A DNA stretch of 41,971 nt from a virus. Lineage: Duplodnaviria > Caudoviricetes. This document shows positions 35,808 to 41,971 of this stretch, piece by piece. The stretch is from positions 1 to 41,971 of IMG/VR virus record IMGVR_UViG_3300050015_000014; one strand, 5' to 3'. The first letter of the stretch is position 1; the number at the start of each line of letters is the position of its first letter. The position numbers and the translations under genes are program-made. The notes under the pieces are model-generated. The model was not told the DNA's origin, searched no databases, and worked only from the letters and a program-made list of their open reading frames with translations.

Positions 35808-38570
35808 TTACGATATAAACTTTGTTCCACTTAAATTAACATATAAATGTTTTAATTTTTGAACTGAAATAGATTGTCCAGTCGATTCTATACCATTAGT
35901 ATCAACTGTACTTAAGGATATATAATCTCCACTATCTATAAAAAGTTTTGATATGTTTGTATAATAAAGTTTCCCAGAAGTTGATTGTCCATTTGGAAAC
36001 GTCCATCCCACCAATCGCAATGGTTCTCCATTGGTTAATTCTAGGTTTGGAAGATATAAATTATCTACTATATTTACTGTACTATTAATAATTGTAGTAT
36101 TCCCTGTATTAGTAGATTCATCTGGGACAACACTGATTGCAGTGGTTAAATTGTCGAAAGGATTAATGCTATTTCCATCTATATCAAACGTTTGATTAAC
36201 TCTTAAATCCGAATAAACAACATTTGAGTTAATATCAAATAATTCTGATTTTAATTCAAACGCTTCGTTTTTAACATTTATTGGAAATGGAATTCTAATG
36301 AATAATACATCTGGAGAATATCCATAATCTCCATAAACTTTTAACGACATTTCAGATATTGTCACATTACAATGATATGGAACAACAACCATAGTTCCAT
36401 AATAATCTTCGGTTGGTGTAAAATAAAATATTTGTTTATCATTAAAATATTGTATATTTGTTTTTTTATCCGAAAACACTTCCCCTAACTTTAATCCATA
36501 TGTGGAGTTAAAATCTTTCTCTAGTTTTAATTCTGGTATAGAACTTGTAAAATAAAAAGATATTTTTGCATCTGTATTGTTATACTCTTTTTCAACAATG
36601 ATATTAGTAGAAAGACTATATAACGAACCTTTTTTTAAACTTATAAAATTGGAATTATACGAACTCCCCGATAAATTATTAAATTCTACTGAATTATATG
36701 GATAATATTTATTGTTATGCTCCGTTCCAATAGAATCCGTTTTTAGAATAACATATTGACTTCCATCCATACTAGATGGAATAGATGAATTTATATATGC
36801 TGAATTAATTGGGGAAGTTTTTGCTGTTATAGATATATCGTTGGATCCAGTGTTCCAATATTTATCAATATGGAATTGATTATAGAATACTCCGAGTTGA
36901 TTACTTGTTTTATTAAACGTAATTATATCAGATAAAAGTTCAATTGCATTTAACGGTTCATCCGATATTAACTGAAAATCACCAGGATGAAATAAACTTC
37001 TTCTATATAGTTTATGTCTCGCAACAAATCCAGAATATGTTTTTAGGTTTCTATATGTAATTTCGGCATAAGACTGTTTTAAAGATATTGGAGTTGCACT
37101 ATCAGCAGCTTTGTATGTTAAATTTGATTCGGGATTCGTGTTATATAGAATAAAATTATATGATGATGTAAAAGATGCATTTATTATGTCAACAACGAGT
37201 TTATCTTTCCCAAAAATGTAATAAAATGGAGTATCTAAAATTATAGTTGTACTATCAACTACTTTTTTAATAGTAAATGTTTTATTAACGATATTATTTT
37301 CATCTATTAATATTTCTTTTTTAGAAGATGGATCTTGTATTGTTTGTACATTAAGTTGAATCAACGATCCTTCCATTTGTGTATTAAACGATCCAGTAGG
37401 AATCATAGATGGACTAATAGCCACATTTGATAATTTGTTTGCAACTAGTCTATAATCAATAGACTCTCTTTTTTTATCCACCAACAATGCATTTGTACTA
37501 CTCAATGGACTTACTGCATATGAATAAAACGATGATGATAACGTTATTGGAGTATTGAGTGTTGGTATATTTTTTACATTTGGAGCAGAAAATGTAACAT
37601 TTGGAGAAGTAACATATCCATATCCTCCATTTGTTACTGCAATGGATACCACTTTTGTATCAACAATTGTTGCTATAGCTTCTGCACCTGCTCCAACTCC
37701 AAAAAATGAAACTTTTGGGGATTCTGAATATCCTTCCCCAGGAGATACAACATCAATTGATTTAACTATACCAGTAATATATGCGGTAGCTGTGGCTATT
37801 TCTGTAGGAATATCTGTTCCAACGGGAGTAAATGATACTATTGGAGCAGTTGTATAACCACTGCCTCTGTTTGTTATAACTATATTGGTTACTATTCCAG
37901 AAGAAATGTCTATAATAGACGTTGCAGTAGCTCCACTTCCTCCTCCTCCCGTTATATTAACATTTGGTGGAGAAATATATCCAGATCCCCCATTTGTAAG
38001 TTTTATATTATTAACAACATTTGTTATATTTGATTTAGCAACTGGATATTTATAAACTTTTGGTGGGACATCTAAACTTGCAAGGTTAACATCCACAACT
38101 GGATATAACAAAGATCTTGCTTCTAAAGTAGGAGTTGAATAAAACCTTACTTTAGATATATTGTTTTGGGTTTTATCTATTGTAATATTACCACTCCAAC
38201 GTACTATTTCATTATTTTTTGTAGTTCCTACAAAAATCAATTTTCCTGCACCATTATATGTATCAGAAAATATATGAATAGAAATTACAAATTTGGATGT
38301 ATCGGAGAATTGAGAATTGTGGGATTTAGCTTGTTCAACGTATAGCGAGTTTCCATTAGAATCTAAACATTGAATTTTAATTTCACTTCCAGTTTTTAAT
38401 AGAATGGACCCATTAAATCCTACTGAATTCTTACCAGCCGTAAATACGGGATTAAATTCCGAAATATTAAAATATTTAGATAAATGTGCAAAATCTTCTA
38501 TATCAACTTTCATAGTTGATAATCCAAGATCAACTCCCTTTTTACCAAAGCTAGGCAATAATTGTGTCAT
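35808..38570 (-). CDS. Large structural (baseplate/tail-associated) protein with G-x-GY...P-x-V repeats
   Basis: 920 aa, Ser/Thr/beta-rich; four units NGGSGYISPPNV, NRGSGYTTAPIV, PGEGYSESPKV, NGGYGYVTSPNV. Confidence 0.7.
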   Translation of the reverse strand: MTQLLPSFGKKGVDLGLSTMKVDIEDFAHLSKYFNISEFNPVFTAGKNSVGFNGSILLKTGSEIKIQCLDSNGNSLYVEQAKSHNSQFSDTSKFVISIHIFSDTYNGAGKLIFVGTTKNNEIVRWSGNITIDKTQNNISKVRFYSTPTLEARSLLYPVVDVNLASLDVPPKVYKYPVAKSNITNVVNNIKLTNGGSGYISPPNVNITGGGGSGATATSIIDISSGIVTNIVITNRGSGYTTAPIVSFTPVGTDIPTEIATATAYITGIVKSIDVVSPGEGYSESPKVSFFGVGAGAEAIATIVDTKVVSIAVTNGGYGYVTSPNVTFSAPNVKNIPTLNTPITLSSSFYSYAVSPLSSTNALLVDKKRESIDYRLVANKLSNVAISPSMIPTGSFNTQMEGSLIQLNVQTIQDPSSKKEILIDENNIVNKTFTIKKVVDSTTIILDTPFYYIFGKDKLVVDIINASFTSSYNFILYNTNPESNLTYKAADSATPISLKQSYAEITYRNLKTYSGFVARHKLYRRSLFHPGDFQLISDEPLNAIELLSDIITFNKTSNQLGVFYNQFHIDKYWNTGSNDISITAKTSPINSAYINSSIPSSMDGSQYVILKTDSIGTEHNNKYYPYNSVEFNNLSGSSYNSNFISLKKGSLYSLSTNIIVEKEYNNTDAKISFYFTSSIPELKLEKDFNSTYGLKLGEVFSDKKTNIQYFNDKQIFYFTPTEDYYGTMVVVPYHCNVTISEMSLKVYGDYGYSPDVLFIRIPFPINVKNEAFELKSELFDINSNVVYSDLRVNQTFDIDGNSINPFDNLTTAISVVPDESTNTGNTTIINSTVNIVDNLYLPNLELTNGEPLRLVGWTFPNGQSTSGKLYYTNISKLFIDSGDYISLSTVDTNGIESTGQSISVQKLKHLYVNLSGTKFIS

Positions 38571-38601
38571 AATACAAGTATAAATACCTATATTATGACA
38601 C
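38564..38601 (-). promoter_or_regulatory. Hairpin covering the start codon at 38570, with TATTTATA in its loop
   Basis: Perfect 11-bp arms GTGTCATAATA (38564-38574) / TATTATGACAC (38591-38601); motif at 38586-38579. Confidence 0.75.
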
Positions 38602-38615
38602 TTTAATTATTTTAT

Positions 38616-41600
38616 TTATTGGAAAACAACATTGCTCATATCACCATTTTTTAAAATTTCTATCTGTTTATCTACCGAATCTTTTAAAGTATCCAAATGG
38701 GAAATAATAACTATAAAATCAAAATTATTCTTTAAAAATGAAAATAGAGGATACATACACGCCAAGTTGTCCGAATCTAATGTTCCAAAACCTTCGTCAA
38801 TATATAATCCATTCGTCTTCGGAAGGTTAGATATGTTTGTTAATGCAATCCTAATTGCAATACTCGCAACAAACCGTTCATATCCAGATGTTAGTTCAAT
38901 TGGCCATCTTCCATGAGAATATACAATATATGGAATAAGATTTTTCCCATCCGTTTCAATTTCTATGGTATAATCTGCTACTTGGTTTAGAATTGCATTT
39001 ACTTCTTTTTCAATTTCTGGAACAGTATTACAAATAACTTGATATGGTATCCCATCCCTTCCTACCGCCATTAAATACTGTTGATAAGAGTCATATTCAT
39101 CTTCCATACTCGTTACATTCCTCAATGTATTGGTCAATTGTTCTATATTGGATTTAAATAATTCCCGTTTCCCAGCAATTTCCATAAGCATTTTATTTTG
39201 TTTTTGGAACTCTTCATTCAGTTTTGATAATGCATTTCTATAAGTGGATATTGTTGATTGGATTTTGTTATTCACTTCTACAGCAGCTTCATTTCTTTGA
39301 TAAAGCTCAATTTGATGTATAATTGTATTGTATGATGTATTTAACTTTTCCAATTCGTTGGTGGAAATAATAATATTCTTACTTAAATTTGAACATATAT
39401 CTTTAAGTTTGTTTCTATCAGTTAACAATTTTGTATATTTTTCATAAGTTTCTTCAACCCATTTAAACTTTTCAAACTCTATATTATATTCATCCAATGA
39501 TACCAATATTTTATCAGTTTCTTTTTTATCATTAACCAACTCGGTTTTTGCATTCATTGCATCTTTAACAAACGAGTTGTTAACACAAAATTTACAGTTT
39601 GGATCATATTCATGTTTTTCCAACCTGGAAACCTTTTCAAGTTTGCCTTTTATTTCTACCTTTTTTAGATCTATTTTTTGTTTAAGATTACTTATTTTAT
39701 CTGTTAATAGTTTATATGTTTTATGACTCTCCGTTAAGTTTGAAGATTCTATTTTCCCAATTTCATCATTTATTTTAGAAATTTCTCCCTCGGTTGAATT
39801 TAGTTTTTCTTTGGTGGATTTAATATACTCATTTTTGTTTTTAAGTGTTTCCTCGGCAGTGAGTTTTCTATTTTTTATTACCGAAATGTTGGTGGGAACA
39901 TCGGAATCCAATTTTATCATATTGGATGTTTCGGCAATAATTTGGTTATTAACATCAGAAATTTGTTTCTGAAGACTATTAACAACATTGTTTATATCAG
40001 AAAACGTTGATTCTGCGTGAATTAGAAAATTTTCATTTTGTTGTATTTCATATTGATAATTTTTATCTTTGTGAAGTTTTAAAATAGAACATAATTCTTT
40101 ATTTCTTTCTCCAGCAGATTCGTGTAGTCTATCAAATACATTTAATCCAAGAAATTGAACTAACAAATCTTTTCTCTCACTATTCCCCATATCGATAAAT
40201 GATGTCTGATTTTTAGCAGTTTGAAAGGATGCCGATGTTATAATGAAATCTTCATAAGTTCCTACATAATCACGAATAATATCATTTGTATCTCTTCTAT
40301 CGGTTCCATGAAGTTCCTCTTTTTCACCATTAACTAATTTCCAAAAATGAACATCCACTTTTACATTTCCAGTTTTGGTAGTATTGCCTTCTCGTTCTAT
40401 AAAATATCTAGTTCCCGATATTTCCAATTCCAATTTGCATTTAAATGATGTTTTTTGAATATTTAAAACACTAGATCCTTTAAATCCTCTATCAAATTTA
40501 TCAAACAAACAAAAAATAAGTGCTGATAAAATACTTGATTTCCCACATTTATTTGGACCAAATATTCCATATACCCCGTTCATGTGTGTAAAATCAATAA
40601 CGTTGCCTTCTCCATATGTAAACATGTTGTCCCATTCAAACCGTATGGGTTTCCATTTTAAATTTCTTGAGAATTCATCCCGTTTTATAAGAGAATTTGT
40701 ATTAAGATTGATTTTTAATATATCATTAATTTTTTTGGAATTTATAATTCCCAATCGTTGAGTAATAAATTCTTTAATAAGATTATTTTGATAGTTAACA
40801 TTCGTCAAGTCATTTAAAATAATATCTTTACATAATGGAATAATGTTTTTATTTTTAACATCTTGATCCATTCGCATTATAGATGTTTCTACAATTTGAG
40901 ATTTTTCTTTAATAAACGCTATTACCGTTTTTATTTCTGAAATATTACTATCATAACTTTTAACTCTTAAATGCACTTTAGATGGTAAATTATCCAAACT
41001 TGTTTCTAGTTTTCCATTGTGAATTTCTACAGTAAAATATCCAAATGAATTTTCTATTTCATGAAATGTATAATTACGTTTTTCCAAATCCCACAATGAA
41101 TATCCATGGTTTTTTAATGATTCTCCATGATTTTGCATAACAAGACTGCCAACATAATGTATGCATGGTTTATGATTTTCCGAATCATACTCTTGCATAT
41201 CTTGACGTTTGTGAATATCGCCAAGCAATGCCATATCATTATAATCAAATAATGGGTTCATTATGGCAGGATTACTTATAGAATATCCAGAATCCAATGA
41301 TGCTCTATCTACTGGTCCATGAAATAATGCAACGATATGTTCATATTGATTCCTATAAATATTTGGTATATCTTTTCCCAAAGTATAAGTTTCTGGTAGA
41401 TCAAATATTCCCATATTGTTGAATAGGATATTCCCCATACCATATAAACCAGTATTTTTTAAATAATACAAATTAGGATGATTAAGAGCATCTACTATTG
41501 GAGTTAAACTATCCAATCTATTTTTATTAGATAACGTTGCGTCATGGTTTCCTGCTACTAAAATCGTGGGTCTAAGATTGGCGACATTAGTAAACAAATC

Positions 41601-41822
41601 ATATGCCATTTGAATACATTCAGGACTCAAATCAGATTTGTTATGAAATATATCTCCCAGAAGTGCTACAATGGTTGTTTCTGGTGTTTTCTTTATTTCA
41701 TCATATAATTTGGAAAATACCTCTTCGTATTCTAAATGTCTAGAATTAAGGCGGACGTGTATATCCGCAACATGGATAATATGGGTAAACTTTTTTATAT
41801 TATTTTTTAATATATTTATCAT
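38616..41822 (-). CDS. Fused Mre11/SbcD nuclease + Rad50/SbcC ATPase (T4 gp47-gp46-like)
   Basis: ADIH, GDIFH, GNHD, FHG, LGDIH, YVGSL; then Walker A GPNKCGKS, coiled coil with CKFC zinc hook, TSGYE signature, IDEGFGTLD, IISH. Confidence 0.93.
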   Translation of the reverse strand: MINILKNNIKKFTHIIHVADIHVRLNSRHLEYEEVFSKLYDEIKKTPETTIVALLGDIFHNKSDLSPECIQMAYDLFTNVANLRPTILVAGNHDATLSNKNRLDSLTPIVDALNHPNLYYLKNTGLYGMGNILFNNMGIFDLPETYTLGKDIPNIYRNQYEHIVALFHGPVDRASLDSGYSISNPAIMNPLFDYNDMALLGDIHKRQDMQEYDSENHKPCIHYVGSLVMQNHGESLKNHGYSLWDLEKRNYTFHEIENSFGYFTVEIHNGKLETSLDNLPSKVHLRVKSYDSNISEIKTVIAFIKEKSQIVETSIMRMDQDVKNKNIIPLCKDIILNDLTNVNYQNNLIKEFITQRLGIINSKKINDILKINLNTNSLIKRDEFSRNLKWKPIRFEWDNMFTYGEGNVIDFTHMNGVYGIFGPNKCGKSSILSALIFCLFDKFDRGFKGSSVLNIQKTSFKCKLELEISGTRYFIEREGNTTKTGNVKVDVHFWKLVNGEKEELHGTDRRDTNDIIRDYVGTYEDFIITSASFQTAKNQTSFIDMGNSERKDLLVQFLGLNVFDRLHESAGERNKELCSILKLHKDKNYQYEIQQNENFLIHAESTFSDINNVVNSLQKQISDVNNQIIAETSNMIKLDSDVPTNISVIKNRKLTAEETLKNKNEYIKSTKEKLNSTEGEISKINDEIGKIESSNLTESHKTYKLLTDKISNLKQKIDLKKVEIKGKLEKVSRLEKHEYDPNCKFCVNNSFVKDAMNAKTELVNDKKETDKILVSLDEYNIEFEKFKWVEETYEKYTKLLTDRNKLKDICSNLSKNIIISTNELEKLNTSYNTIIHQIELYQRNEAAVEVNNKIQSTISTYRNALSKLNEEFQKQNKMLMEIAGKRELFKSNIEQLTNTLRNVTSMEDEYDSYQQYLMAVGRDGIPYQVICNTVPEIEKEVNAILNQVADYTIEIETDGKNLIPYIVYSHGRWPIELTSGYERFVASIAIRIALTNISNLPKTNGLYIDEGFGTLDSDNLACMYPLFSFLKNNFDFIVIISHLDTLKDSVDKQIEILKNGDMSNVVFQ

Positions 41823-41971
41823 AACTTGTTTATAACTTCTTCTCTATTCATATCTTTCTTCGTTGAAGGGAAAAAAATATCAGAATATCCTTGGTCCCAA
41901 CATTTTTCATTATCTTCATCATGATGTATAAGTCTTAAATCACAACTATAATGTAATGATAACCATTGCTG
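41819..41971 (-). CDS. 3' end of a hypothetical gene entering the window
   Basis: Open frame ...QQWLSLHYSCDLRLIHH...NREEVINKL* ending in an ATGA overlap with the nuclease gene. Confidence 0.55.
   Translation of the reverse strand, partial: QQWLSLHYSCDLRLIHHDEDNEKCWDQGYSDIFFPSTKKDMNREEVINKL

Noticed and set aside
1-41971. Genome-wide stop-codon reassignment
   Set aside because: All large structural genes are intact under the standard bacterial code and coding density is already high.
1-41971. tRNA or rRNA genes
   Set aside because: Intergenic gaps are short and none shows a cloverleaf or T-loop consensus by eye.

Overview
AT-rich segment of a large T4-superfamily (myovirus/jumbo-type) phage genome covering the head-morphogenesis and packaging module. 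Read on the minus strand from right to left it holds a fused Mre11/Rad50 (gp47-gp46) nuclease, a large structural protein, terminase large subunit, portal, prohead protease, scaffold, major capsid protein and the neck/tail-completion genes gp13, gp14 and gp15. Four intact free-standing homing endonucleases, a truncated fifth, nucleotidyltransferase and ATP-grasp accessory genes and several gene remnants are interspersed. The most striking feature is a set of about ten otherwise unrelated genes sharing a ~10-aa N-terminal leader (MIKLxxLLxE), concentrated in a plus-strand cassette at 3795-11219. That cassette encodes ADP-ribosyltransferase-like, GNAT, Nudix, cell-wall hydrolase and CCA-adding enzyme domains, with [ILMV]-x-E motifs at domain junctions. 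I infer a capsid-targeted, prohead-protease-processed set of enzymes injected with the DNA. Two promoter classes are visible: sigma70-like, and a TATTTAT motif that is the reverse complement of the T4 late promoter. Also seen are start-codon-sequestering hairpins, a structured scaffold-gene leader and a catalytically dead prohead-protease paralogue. All calls come from motif recognition by eye; no searches were run.
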